Positions 1 through 13,483 of a stretch of 124,000 bases of DNA are shown here, one piece after another. The position numbers were made by a program, and so were the translations under genes. The DNA lies in the NCBI GenBank assembly GCA_951406725.2, contig OX597818.1, forward strand, positions 27,920,001 to 28,044,000. The letters are read 5' to 3'. Origin of the DNA: Octopus vulgaris. Taxonomy: Eukaryota. Within the stretch, counting starts at the first letter, position 1. Every line of letters starts with the position of its first letter. The notes below the pieces were generated by a model. That model was not told the origin of the DNA. It saw only the letters and a program-made list of their open reading frames with translations, and made no database searches.

Positions 1-76
1 TGTATGTATGTATGTATGTATGTATGTATGTATGTGTCTATCTATCTATCTATCTGTCTGTCTATTTATCTATATC

Positions 77-360
77 TTCTATATATATAAAGATGAGGAG
101 GCATGTCTATCTGTGTGAATCCCTAAAACTCGAGAACTACACAACCAATTTCATTCAAATTTTACACATATTTTACTTAGGGTCCAAGTAGTGTCATGGA
201 CCAAAAACAATTTTCAACTTCTTGCCTAATACGAGCCCAGAACAATCTCTTATTTCTTCCAATACATGTCAAAAGTGAAACAATAACATCTCTCTAATAT
301 AATGTCAGATACTTTCACTTCAATAGTTTCACTATTAATACTGAAACTATTAAAGTGAAA
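77..360 (+). mobile_element. Helitron-like non-autonomous 5' segment (second copy at about 37738-38050)
   Basis: About 300 nt shared by both loci, starting tctat.tata.aaa. Helitron-type hairpin+CTAG/CTAA ends also at about 113090-113117 (+) and 65556-65590 (-). Confidence 0.55.
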
Positions 361-1046
361 CTGTTATCTCACATACATACATACATACATACATACATAC
401 ATACATACATACATACATACATACATACATACATACATACATACATACATACATAGTTGGACGTCTAAAAAGACATGTTAAGAGAGTGCATATGGTGGCA
501 CCTGTTTCTCCTGCCAGCCAGCACAATTGTCTAGTAGGTAATAAAATGTGTAAAAGCTTGACTGGGCTTAAAAGTCATATAAGGGTATCACATGGCAACA
601 ATAATGAAGCATTTCAGTAAGTTTTCTTGGAAATAGTTTTTCTCATGTAACAAGGGTGCAGCTATGATATATATATATGTGCAGATATAGAAACTATGTC
701 AAAACTGACATGGAGACTGAACACATAATTAAGGGCATAGAAAAATTTCTAGCCTATATGCTGAAAATTTCTAGATTATATGCTGCTAAAAATTTTTAGC
801 CTATAAGCTCTCTCAACGTCAACATGTGTGTAACTTTGTGATTTTTAAAGAGGTGAAACAATTTAGCATCTATTTTCAGCATATAAGCTAGAATTATTTT
901 CTATGCTCTTAATTATAATTATATATATGATTTCACCTTAATACCTTTTATATGCTGGCCACTGATAAAATAAAAAAAAATTTAGTGCTCCAGCATGGCC
1001 GTAGTCAAATGACTGAAACAAATAAAAAAATAAAAGAATTTATTCA

Positions 1047-1790
1047 TCATCATCATCATCATTTAATGTCCGTTTTCCATGCTTGCATGATTTGGACGGT
1101 TTGACTGAGGTCTGGAGAGCTAGTGGCTGCACCAGGCTCCAATTTGATCTGGCAATGTTTCTACAGCTTGATGCTCTCCCTAATGCCAACCACTCCGAGA
1201 GTGTAGTGGGTGTTTTTTACATGTCATCAGCACAGGAGCCAGTCAGGCAGGCCTGGCATTCATCACGTTCGGATAGTGCTTTTTACGTGCCACCAGTATG
1301 GGAACCAGTCAGATGGTCATCATCCATACCTAAAATCACCAAGAAGTTAAGAAGATAGACAAAGAACATGCTGTCTCACACTCCAGCATAGAAGTTTCTA
1401 TATGCTGTAACTTCTATGCTGGAGTGTGAGACAGCATGTTCTTTGTCTATTTTCTTAACTGTTTGGAGATTTTGGTCATAATTATATTAATGTATCCATC
1501 TGTTCTAATTTAATTAAATTCTATGTCTTTGTGCAACTGAGGATTGCTTTGCATTTTAAATTGATGTAATGATTGCATTGCTCAATTAAATGGAGTTGCA
1601 TGAAACGATCTTACTACATTACCTCTGGATATCCTTGTTGCTGATTTTGATTTTAATTACCTTATTTTGAAATTGTATGGATAATACTGTACTTCATTCT
1701 GGTGCCTCAACTTAAGTACCATATTCATCTGAATCTATATATATAATATATATATAATTATATATATTAGTTTTATATATATATATATAC

Positions 1791-1823
<33 letters not shown>

Positions 1824-1848
1824 AACATGTGTGTGCACACACACATAT

Positions 1849-1891
<43 letters not shown>

Positions 1892-3115
1892 AACACACAC
1901 GCACACATATATATATACATACATACATGTGTATATCATCATCATCATCGTTTAACGTCCGCTTTCCATGCTGGTATGGGTTGGACGATTTGACAGAGGA
2001 CTGGCGAACCAGATGGGTGCACCAGGCTCCAATCTGATCTGGCAGTTTCAACAGCTAGATGCCCTTCCTAATGCCAATCACTCTGAGAGTGTAGTGGATG
2101 CTTTTACATGTCACCAGCACGAGGGCCAGTCAGGCAGTACTGGCAACGGCCATGCTCAAATGGTGTCTTTTACATGCCACCTGCACAGGAGCCAGTCCAG
2201 CGGCACTGGCAACAAACTTGCTTGAATATTTTTTCACATACCATTAGCACAAGTGTCAGTAAGGCTATGCTGGTAACGATCACGCTCAAATGGTGCTTTT
2301 TATGCGCCACTGGCATGGAAGTTAGTCAGCTGCTCTGGCAACGGTCATGCTTGGATGGTGCTCTTAGCGCTCAACTAGCACAGATGCCCGTCATCGAATT
2401 TGATTTCGATTTCACTTGCATCAACAGGTCTTTACAAGCAGAGTTTAGTTTCCAATAAAGGAAAGGTATGCATAAGTGGGGTGGTTACACCCCTGGCATA
2501 GGCCACATGTTATGGTCTCACTTGGTTTGCCAGGTCTTCTCAAGCACAGTATAGTTCCAAAGGTCTTGGTCACTAGTCATTGCCTTGGTGAAGCCTAATG
2601 TTCGAAGGTCGTGCTTCACCACCTCATCCCAGGTCTTCCTGGGTCTACCTCTTCCACAAGTTCCCTCCACCACTAGAGTGTGGCACTTTTTCACTCAGCT
2701 ATCCTCATCCATTCTCGCCACATGACCATACCAGCACAGTCGTCTCTCTTGCACACCACATCTGATGCTTCTTATGTCCAACTATTCTCTCAAGGTACTT
2801 ACACTCTGTCAAATATGCACACTGACATTATAAATCCAGTGGAGCATACTAGCTTCATTCCTTGCAAGCTTATGTATGTCCTCAGCAGTCACGGCCCATG
2901 TTTCAGTGCCATGTAGCATGGCTATTCGTACACATGCGTCATACTTTCTACCTTTTACTCTGAGCGAGAGGCCCTTTATCACCAGCAGAGGTAAGAGCTC
3001 TCTGAACTTTGCCCAGGCTATTCTTATTCTTGCAACTACACTTTCAGTGCACCCACCCCCACTACTGACTTGGTCACTTAAGTAATGGAAGCTATCAACT
3101 ACTTCTAGTTTTTCA
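1047..3115 (-). mobile_element. RTE LINE 3' fragments (about 1047-1325 and 1935-3115)
   Basis: ORF 2809-3120 KLEVVDSFHYLSDQVSSGGG; family 3' UTR and (CAT)n. Confidence 0.85.
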
Positions 3116-4569
3116 AGCAATAATTATAATGATATAGGACATGGAGACTTGTGCATCCTCAAAATTTATTTCCTCTTATTTTACAATTTCATACTGCATA
3201 TTATTGTGGTCTTTATGACATATACGTGTTTCACTGCACAGATTATGGGCAGTTGCAGATGCGAATTGGCATGATTTTCATATGGTTTCTTCAGGGCTCA
3301 TCCATTTGGCTAGTTTGAAGAGAACTGAGTGGAGTTAGTTATTGTAAGTAAGGGTTCAGGAGAAATGGGGTGTTGTTTTGACCTCAAATTCACATCAGTT
3401 GCTGTCTAAAGTCAAGGCTTAGTCTAATTAGGTCTAGGTTGATGTTAGTGTTCTCACAGAGCTCCTTGTTTATGGCAGCTTGGAATTCAAGTGTAGTGCT
3501 TGTAGTGTAAAGTCTTTAGTTGTTCATATATTCATTTTCTTGACTGTGTTGTTTATGTTTTGTAGTATACATTTGATAAAGTATATGCTAGGTTTGTTAC
3601 AGAGGACCATGAATTGTGTGGGTTTAGTATATGTCCTTTTATCTGTCCTTTCATATTCAATTGTGTGGAGGGCATTGGTTATCCAGAACCTTCATTAATT
3701 TTTTTTAAAGTCTTGTGTTTGTGTAAACATCTTAAGGCCTGTTCAAGTCTTTACTTAATACCAGATTTTCGATAAAGTTGAAGCACAGGCCATCATGAAT
3801 TTCCTCTTTTTGAAATGTAATAGAGCAGTGGAAATCTATGGCAAGATAAAAGATGTCTTGAAGGATGGCTGCTCATCTTACTCCCCCATGAAAATCTGGG
3901 TATCAGATGTCCTTTAGATGGTTCCTGTCTAGTTACCAACGTTATATATAAATGTGTAGTCAAGGACGAGGATAAGCTAAATAAATTTTATATAGGTAGC
4001 ACGATAGACTTTAAGGCGAGATATAGATCACATATGAGCTCTTTTGCTAGCGACAAATACTGTAACTCAACTACACTTGCATCCCATATACACAACTTGA
4101 AGAAAAATAATAAGAATTATTATCTAGAATGGTCCATTATTTCTAAAACCCCAAATTTCAAGGGAAATATTAACAAGTGTAAGCTATGCATAAAGGAATC
4201 CCTTACCATCCTTAGGTGTTATGGACTGCACATTCTGAATAAATTTACGGACGTGATTCCCTTTTGCATCCATAAATTTTCTTCTACATTCTTAAAAGTC
4301 TATAGGAATAAAATAAGTTGTAGAAAATAAATAATTTAGCTTTTACAGGATTTGAAACCATGGAGGTTCAATTTAATTTAATTCGATTTAATTTAATTGA
4401 ACTTAATTTAATTTAATACACCCATTTTTTATTTTTTTATTTATTTATTTACTTTTTTCTTAACTACTTTTTTTACTGCTTTATTATATATATATATTTA
4501 TTTTTTTTATTTATCTAGTTTCAGCTCACTAGCTGTGGCCATGCTGGGGCACCACCATTTGGTGTTGCT

Positions 4570-5310
4570 ACATGATTTTACTTCACAAATGCTTTTTAGC
4601 AATTGCCATTTGGTGCATGAGAGAGTTCGATGCAGCTGCCCTCATCTGCACCTCCTGCTGTGAAGTTGGTCCATCAGGGATACCTGACAAGAAGAGATCC
4701 AGTTTCATTTTAAAGACATCTGCATCCACCCCATGCAGGTCTCTTAGGTTCTTCGGGAGGATATTGAAGAGCTGTGGGCCTCAGAAGCCCAGGCTATCAC
4801 AGTATCTTGTCCTACATCTTGATGGCAAATTTGGAGTCCTTGGCACCACGCAGTGGCGCCCAGTTCTGGCATTTGTGTAACTCTCGATGCCAAAGTTTGG
4901 GACAAGTCCTTCTAGGATCTTCCAGATGTATACTATGGCATATCTTTCTCGCCTACGCTCTAAGGAATAGAGTCTCAATCTCTTGAGTCTTTCCCAATAG
5001 CTTATATGCTGCACAGAAGCTATCTTCTTCATGTAGCTTCGTTGGATCACCTCAAGTTCTGTGATTAACTTGACACTGGATGGTGACCATAGCTGAGAGC
5101 AATAGTCAAAGTGGCTTAGGACAAGTGTCCTCCAGAGGACCATCATGGTCTCCTGATCTCTTGTTCTGAAGGTTCTAAGAATCCATCTGGTCAGCCACCT
5201 ACATTTCATTGCCAATTTAGTGACATGCACATGAAAGGCTGCATCATCACTCATGTAAATACCCAGGTCTTGCACTGATTGTGCCTCTGGGATTGCAGTC
5301 CCTCCAGGTC
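4570..5310 (-). mobile_element. CR1/L2-like LINE 3' fragment
   Basis: ORF 4781-5275 (DLGIYM, WILRTF, LVLSHFDYCSQLW, RLYSLERRRER); related remnant at about 57520-58050 (-). Confidence 0.88.
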
Positions 5311-5519
5311 CAGTGTATATATATATATATATTTTTAAATTTTAAAAAATTAAAAAATTTTTTTTTTTACCGCCTTATTTCTCTACTGCTTTAAAAGAAA
5401 ATTTTTTTACTGCTTTAATTCCTTCTTTTGGGCTTATCCAAGCATGCATGCTTCAATAGGAAAGCACACAATATTGTGTTAGCCTGGTACGCGATGATGT
5501 CTGTCTCTCTATATTTTTT

Positions 5520-5599
5520 TCCCCTGAGGAAGGAGGTATTATCTTGATGCACCCTAGTGCTTTAAACATAATAATACACCTCTGAAATGGCCATAGGGA
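5520..5599 (+). ncRNA. Minimal type I hammerhead ribozyme with long stem II (Penelope-associated)
   Basis: TCCC-CTGAGGA-AGGAGGTATTAT...ATAATACACCTCT-GAAA-TGGCCA(palindrome)-TA-GGGA. Confidence 0.7.
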
Positions 5600-6191
5600 T
5601 TAAGTAAATATGGTTTCCTCTTTTTTAACTATAAGGCTTCTCTTACTTGAATAGTAATTTTATAAGATTTCTAAACGATGAACTTTTATTTTATTTACAT
5701 GATATATATTATATATTTTTTACATGCTTCCTATATATTTTTATATATTTTTATATACCTATATATTTTTACTTTCTAGGTGTTGTAATGTTTTTAAAAA
5801 AAATATATTTCTCTGAATCGCTAAAGTATTAACTCTAAACCATGATGAACTTTTTTCTTGCACTTTCTTATATGCTTATACAGATGAATTATGTTCCATC
5901 TTGCGGGATGTTTATATGTATATTCTATGATTAAATGTTCGAATTATGAAATGTTATGTGGATGACCTTGCATTTGTTTGTTCTATAACCTTAGTTTGAT
6001 ATATTTGTCTCTTTCAATTGAGCACTTCTATAGCAGTCCTATTAAACATTTTGTTCCTGATAAGAAACAATCACTGTATTATTGATATATATATATATAT
6101 ATATAAATATATACTAAATTAATAATAATATACATATGTATATAATTATATTAAGGGAGCAATGGCAAAAATGACATATCTCCAGCATCCC

Positions 6192-6570
6192 TTATAACTC
6201 GCTCTGAGATTTATCATTGTTTGATTTCACTTTTTCAATATCAGTGTCAAATCGACACTGGAAAAAGTATATGTATTTGTGAAGGGATCTGACTTCTCAT
6301 CGACAACCATGATTGTCACACGCTGATGAAAGGTAAACACCTTGAAACTCGGGTACGTGTGTATCATGTGTTGAAGACGGGGACGATGACTCCCCTTCAC
6401 AAATACTGAGAGGACACAGATAGTGTGTCTATAGCCAGCTGGAGGAGATATCTTCCTGGGGTTACAAACTACAGTAGCATCCACCCTTATGGGTTAGCCA
6501 TATTCAAATGGCAAATATGCATCACGATGTGTTACCGCTACTGTTTATAACTCGCTCTGAGATTTATCAT

Positions 6571-6571
<1 letters not shown>
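6192..6571 (+). mobile_element. Non-LTR retrozyme-like unit (353-nt monomer plus 27-nt terminal redundancy)
   Basis: ttataactcgctctgagatttatcatt at 6192-6218 and 6545-6571; internal hammerhead; internal hairpins; no credible ORF. Confidence 0.7.
6317..6361 (+). ncRNA. Type I hammerhead ribozyme (intact core)
   Basis: Stem I CACACG/CGTGTG, CTGATGA, stem II AAGGT-aaac-ACCTT, GAAA, short stem III CTCGGG, cleavage triplet GTA. Confidence 0.85.
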
Positions 6572-6602
<31 letters not shown>

Positions 6603-6889
6603 TGTGGTATCATTTGACAAACTTACCTTGCCATATATTTAACTATGATTCTTGCTCACAATCATTCTACTTAACCCATTCCTCCTTAAAATATCTTCTA
6701 ATGTGCTTCAGTAGATTTAGCTTTATATTCTTCTGCAGAATAAAAGAAAAATTTTTGTTACACATAATACTTATTTCATATTTTCAGCTGGAATGGAATA
6801 GAAACAAACAGACTCGTTTTATTATACTTAAAATATTCCATCATTTGGTGTATAATACTTGATTTATTTTGTAATAATTTATCTTTTAG

Positions 6890-7201
6890 ATGATAATAGG
6901 AATCTTTACCCAAGTTCTGAAACACCAAATGCCATAAAGGATAAAAAATTCACATTGAAATGTAAAACAATAGGTACTGGTACTACAGTAATTTGGTATA
7001 CTGGAAATGGAACAGTTATTGCTAAATACATTGGATCATTGAACCAAAATATTGTTAAATATTTTGGTAAACGCCAAGAAACTAGTTGCCAACATTCAAG
7101 CTGTACATTGAGTATAACCAGCATTAGTTTAGCTGAAGACAACATGGACATTATTTGCAAAGGCGGTTTCCATACAAGCAAGTATAGTATTACAGTATTT
7201 G
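6890..7201 (+). CDS. Receptor exon: Ig-like domain 1 (V/I-like)
   Basis: ttttag acceptor, G|gtaagt donor, 312 nt, phase 1-1; FTLKC...VIWY...CTLSITSISLAEDNMDIIC Ig pattern. Confidence 0.9.
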
Positions 7202-7689
7202 GTAAGTAATTATTTTTTGCACAGTTGTGTGATTTTATTCTATTATTCCTTTATTTATTTCAGTCATTAGACTGTGACCATACTAGGGCATTACTTGCAG
7301 GGTTTAGTCGAGTATGTGGACCCCAGTATTTTGAGTCTCTTATTTTTATTGGTCTCTTTTTACCAAACTGCTAAGTGACTGGAAAGTAAACATATCTACA
7401 ATGGTTGTAAAGTGGTAAGAAACAAACACTAAGTTGCACACACTTATACACATCAATAAATATACATAAATATACATCATCATCATCATCATCATCATCA
7501 TTGTCATCATCCCCACCATCATCACTTAATATCCATTTTCCATATTGGCATGGGTTAGATGGTTTGGGAAGAGATGGCACTCCAGAGGACTGAGCCAAGC
7601 TCTACTGTCTACTGGGTGCTTTTTATGTGACACCATCAGCAGTGATGTTGCCAAATAACTTGGCATTTGAGGAAATCTATTTCCTGTGT

Positions 7690-9092
7690 ATTTGGGGATG
7701 GTCATGTTGCCCATTTAGCCAATGAAAACACACGTACTATATATTTGGTGTTCACTTGCTTCAGCTTTATTTTATAGTAATTGTATTTTGGCCAGAATTC
7801 TTTTGTCACATTTCTGTGACCTCATCAGTGGTCCTTTGCTTTCTTCTTTCTTTTTCATCTCTCCTTACTAATGACCTGCCATTTTGTATTCTTGTTGTAG
7901 GAGGTGGCTTTGTGCTAGGTGATGAGAGGCCAGATTATGAATAGAGGGACAGAAATAGGTGTCTTACTGTAGAGGAGATACATGGCTACCTCACATGGGA
8001 TAGAAGAGAGAGAAAAGATGGTGAAGAATATGTGTTGTGGGGTACCCTCAAGTTACAGGTAGGTAGTAGGAGGACTGGATAAGGTGAGTGGGTGGGTAAG
8101 TTCATGAGAGTGCAAAAGAAAAATGAATGCAAGTAGAGGGAGGGAATGTGAAGAAGATATGTTGTTGAGAAGGAATATATTCATCAGAAGTAGATTGTGT
8201 GCAAGGAAATTCATGAGATTTGATAGGAGAGTGGGAGATAAACGGGAAGGGAATGCAATGAGAGGTGAACTTGAGTGAAGGGAATGGGTGTTAGGAAGAT
8301 GAGTTATTGGGAAGATATTTGTCAGAGACAGATTCTGAGCAGGGGTGTAGGTATAAACATTTCTTTGGGGCCTCAATTTTACCTACATGAACAGATCTTA
8401 TCAAGCACAGCAAATCCTCTGTAAGGCTCAATGTCTTAAGGCCCCTTTGTACCAATTTGTTCCACAGGTTCCATCCACATATAGCAATTGGTACTTCTTT
8501 ATGCTGCTCTTCTCATAAATATGCACTAACATGACCATGCCAGTGCAGTCTCCTCTCTTACACACTACATTTTATTCCTTTTATACCCAATTTTTCTGTC
8601 AACACATTTCTACTTTGTTGTATATTCACACTGACATTGTACATCCACCAGAATATAGTAGCTTCATTTCTGTCTAGCCTTTACATGACCTCTGCATTCA
8701 TAGCCATGTGGTATAGCTATTCCTAAACAAGCATCATAAATCTGCCATTCACTCTGAGCAAGAGGCCCTTTCTAACCAACAAAGAAATAGCTCTCTAAAC
8801 TTTCTGTAGCCAGTTCTTATTCTAACTACTACACTTTAAGAGTACCCTTCTCCACTGCTAATTAGATCACTTAGGTTACAGAAACTACCTTCTACCACTA
8901 AGGTTGTTGTATTTGGGGATGACCCTGTTGCCAATTTAGCCAATGAAAACACATGCACTATATATTTGGTGTTCACTTGCTTCAGCTTTATTTTATAGTA
9001 ATTGTATTTTGGCCAGAGTTCTTTTGTCACATTTCTGTGACCTCATCAGTGGCCCTTTGCTTTCTTCTTTCTTTTTCATCTCTCCTTACTAA
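7690..9092 (-). repeat. Pair of ~180-nt direct repeats (about 7690-7870 and 8910-9092), each with a mutated hammerhead
   Basis: Minus-strand GGCCA-CTGATGA-GGTCAC-agaaat-GTGAC-AAAA-GAAC-TC-TGGCC at 9011-9054 and a near-identical motif at 7790-7833; GAAA changed to AAAA in both. Confidence 0.7.
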
Positions 9093-10509
9093 CGACCGGT
9101 CATTTCGTAGTCCTGTTCTATGTGTCTTTATTTGGATATGCGTATATCCTTGTGTGAGTCTATGTTTAGTAAATGTGTGTGTAGGAATGTGTATGGTATC
9201 TGCATTATCAATATCCCCTGTTTAATCATGTTTGTTTAATTTACTTTCATTTACTTTATTCATTTCCTTTTATCTACTTGCATTTTCATTTCTTTCTTTT
9301 TTTGTATTAATTTAATTTATTTTATTCTGTTTATGTATATAATTATTAAATTCCATTTGTTTATCTGTGTATTGTATTAGTTTCATATTATTATCAGTTT
9401 ATTCTGTCAAAGGTTGTGATGTGTGAGAGTGTATGTTAGTGTTCCATTCTAGTTTTCTATTTAGGCTAAGTTTATATTTTATTATGTGTGTAGCTTCCGT
9501 AATTTGTCTAAATATTGCTTCTGTTCTATGTGTGGACAAGATTTTAACTTCTATGTTGTTGAGTGAGCCCCATTGTTCCTACTCAGTGTGCTGGTACAGA
9601 ACCGATGAGCTCTTCTTTTCCTTAAGTTCCCTTCAATGCTCATTTACCTGCTATCTTATGCTCTGTGCTGTCTCCCCTACGTATATTGTTGTCTTGTTTC
9701 TGCACCGTTCCTCTGTACAGCTTATACTATAGACTACATTCCAAGCTTTTCAGTTTGTTTATGGGCTCAATCTACATACAATGCAGTTCATATCAGTACG
9801 GGGGTTCTGCTAAAAGGATAGGTTCTACCGATTAGGGATCTGATAGGGTTACCTGGCCTTACTACAACCTTAATTCTTAACTTGAGCTTGTCTAGAGTCC
9901 TTCTAAAGAATTTGTAATCATTACTCTACATTTAGGGATAGGAATAAATGTAACAGTTACAGGGCTTAGTAAATTAATTTGGGATCTAAAAGATCGCAAT
10001 AAACAATTTAATTTAGATAGGTTGATTCTCTCAATTTCGATACCTTATGACAAAGGCAAGGAATTCTGTCTTCTCTGTAATTCTGAATTATTTTTTATTC
10101 TTTTTTCTAAAAATCCCCTTGCAATGACGGTTATAGAGCGTGCATACCGATGTAAACGTTGGCAGAAACACACCTTTAGTTCATATAAGTGATTTCTATC
10201 ATTATATATAATTTAAACATTAATTTTCTTCTTATACTTCACATTCACTAGATATATATTTTTCCTAGTCTATATGGTTTTATTTAATATATATATAGTC
10301 ATATACTTCTCATTTATTTAGTTTTCCTTTACTTTATCCCTCCTCTTTCTATAGGCTACCTCTGACGTTATATCCTATAACGTTTTTTTGAAACAATATT
10401 AATAGCATTCAGTTAATCACTATACATATCCATCATTTTCTTTGCCACAAGTATTTAAATCTTTCTCTCTATGGTCATATGCATCAGTTAATATTTCTCT
10501 AGACCTATT

Positions 10510-10556
<47 letters not shown>

Positions 10557-12209
10557 TTTGATACTTTGATAGGTTTCGGCCATTATTGGCCCAGGCCATG
10601 TCTAACTTAATAGCACCACCTGGTGAAGTCTTTCAAGTCAGAATTTGGGCACTATGGCCCACTCAAGTAGAGAGTTATTGTTTACAGAGACATATCTGGG
10701 TGTAGGGGGTTTATCCGGGATTTCTTGAAGGAATCTGTCCAAAGACTTCTTGAACCCTATATATATATATATTTATTTATTTATCATCGATGATGATAAA
10801 TTGTACTTAATAAATGAATATATGGTATACTGTAATGTTTGTTTAATGATAGAAACTAGTACGGTTAAAATTTATAGATAAAAGAGTGATAGATATATAG
10901 GCATGTTTTATATATTACACATTTATGTACACAAAATATGTATACCACTTATGCATTTTATAGCATATTTACATACACTTATAAATAAATATACAAACAT
11001 GTGCACATAGAAACCAATACATTTATATGCACAAAATATATACACCTACATATGCATGCATTTTATATTATACATATACATATATCTTTTATCTTTAATA
11101 TTTTACTGGTTTCAGCCAAATGCTAGGGCCATGCTGGAGCATCATATTTCAGCGTGTTTGGATTTTCTCTCTATAGTGTTTTCAATTAAGTAGCAAGCTG
11201 GATGGAGCTGTTATTCTTTGTGCCTCCTGTAAATCAGACAAAAGGGTTATTGTACACACCAAAACATTCCTAGTGGAGAATGTACTACACACAAAGACAC
11301 AGAAATGAACTGGGAGAAGGAAGATATGGGGTAAAAAGATTCCATAATTCGGAATTGGTCTAGAGAAAGGTTAACTGATGCATATGACCGTAGAGAAAAA
11401 GATTTAGATACTTGTGGCAAAGATGACAACTGAGAATTTCTACAAAATAACCACAGTATTCCTCATAAGACAACATAGGTGCAGGTGTGGCTGCTTGGTT
11501 AAGAATTTTGCTTCCCAAACATAGAATTTCAGATTCAGTTTCACTGCCCAGCAACCTGGGCAAATGTCTTCTAGATTTATATTAGTGATTCTATTTTCTA
11601 CTTGCTACATCTATTATTCATCTGTAATATCAATGTATATTTTGTAGCCTTGGCCCTTGTTGCTAATGTATGATAGACCTGTAATGTATGATAGACGTTG
11701 TGGGCAGTTTTCTTGTAGAAACTGAGTTGCAATATCAATAAAATGTTTAATTTCGATGTCTACATAGTTGTCAATATCATTTATTGCGCCAGATACATAG
11801 TCAGTCTCTCTAATAGCAGTGGTGAGCCTGAGGATATCATCTGCATATCTGAAGAGAAAGCACAGGAGTAGCAAACTCTATGTACATTACTTTCCAGTTG
11901 GTCCATATATATATATGATATTTTGTTAAGTTAGCTCAATCAGTACAATGCCTTCTGATTATTGATTTCAATGAAGATAATACTGCTGTATTTTTCATCT
12001 AACTAAAAAATTTATAAACAACATAAAATTGCTGTCACCTCAGTCCTGCAAAAATAGATGTAAGTTAATGGTTATTTTTTCAACATATATTTATGTAAGG
12101 AAGCATGTAACAGATATACATATATACAAAGACACATAGATACATACAGACTAAAATGCAAACATTCATTCATTTATTTATATAATTTTGGTCAATTCTT
12201 CTATTTCAG

Positions 12210-12530
12210 TTTTACCAAAATCAGTCACAATCAAGGCTATTTCAGACACAGTTCCTGTGGAAAATCAGAACAAAAGTTATGAATGCCTTATTAAAGATGC
12301 CAAACCTAGATTTTCAGTTTTCTGGCTGATTACAAGGGAAAATGGAGCACAAGAAAATGCTACAATGAATATTTCAAACAATTCAAGCAAATCAGGAAAG
12401 CTGATCATTTTATCATCAAAATTGACATTAACTCTTCATAAGAGGTTTAAGGAATTACAGTGTGTTGCATATTTACTGGATAAAAGTGGAATTGTTAGTT
12501 ATTCAAAGAAACTAGATATGCTCATAAAAT
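12210..12530 (+). CDS. Receptor exon: Ig-like domain 2 (C2/CD80-like)
   Basis: tttcag acceptor, T|gtaagt donor, 321 nt, phase 1-1; SYECLIKDAKPRFSVFWL...SSKLTLTL...LQCVAY. Confidence 0.9.
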
Positions 12531-13425
12531 GTAAGTTTTTACTTTTTGTTTCTGTAAAGCACAAACAGCAGTTTTGTTCAAAATTTTTATGTGAAATATA
12601 TGTACATTTTAAAAATCATATCTAACACAATAATGCAATTACTCAACTTAAACAGTTTTGGAAAGATTTGTTTTTTGTTATACTGTATCACTGGTTGCTT
12701 ATGACTTAATAGAGCTCAAAATATATGAGGTCATTTCTGTAATTTGCTTAAATTTACTAAAGCATTTGCTTCATTGAGTTCTAATTTCTAGTGTAAGATA
12801 CATAACCAAAATATAAATGTGTTCTTTACCAATGTATGTATATTTTGTCAACTCCAAGCCTGCTCCCTTCTCTTTACCTTCAGCTTGTAATAACTTTGCA
12901 TTGTTGTTCTTGAGAATATTAGACATGTTTTTGTACACCTGTAGCTCACTTTAGTGTTGATATTTCTGAACAACCTTTGGGATATATGACCATTTGGTAA
13001 ATTTTTCTCTGTTTAGGAAGGAAAATGTAAAAAAAGAAAACCACGATTTATTCTGCAATGTTATATAGTGGATTATACCATGTCATAAGGTCTTTTCACT
13101 GTGAGTTTTGCATCATTGTTAGATGGTGCTGGTATATATTTTATTCTTTCTTTAGATTGCTTGCTTCATAGATTCTTGCTGCAGTACTCTATAGCCCTGT
13201 TGAAGATAGCATTAGAGGGAAGATAATGAGCTTGATGGCATTTAGTAGTTGGTTACATTCTATATGGATGTACAATATGGTGTTATTTGTTTCTTCTAAC
13301 AGCTTTTCAGTTTCAAGCTCAGGTTAAACAGAAAAACCAGAATGTTTACCATTGTAAGGTGTTAAATGGAATGTTGTAATTATTAATATTTGTATATAAT
13401 GTATTTGTATATGAGCACATAAATA

Positions 13426-13483
<58 letters not shown>

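Noticed and set aside
3225-3310. Additional hammerhead-like cores (also near 1537, 10370, 48040, 55490, 93030, 107577)
   Set aside because: Missing one core half or lacking consistent stems
6788-6889. Possible signal-peptide exon after the ttttcag at 6787
   Set aside because: The only ATG is followed by a stop (ATG GAA TAG), the donor is weak and the implied intron would be about 42 nt
11614-11874. Minus-strand ORF as a nested gene
   Set aside because: FRYADD is a reverse-transcriptase motif; retroelement remnant
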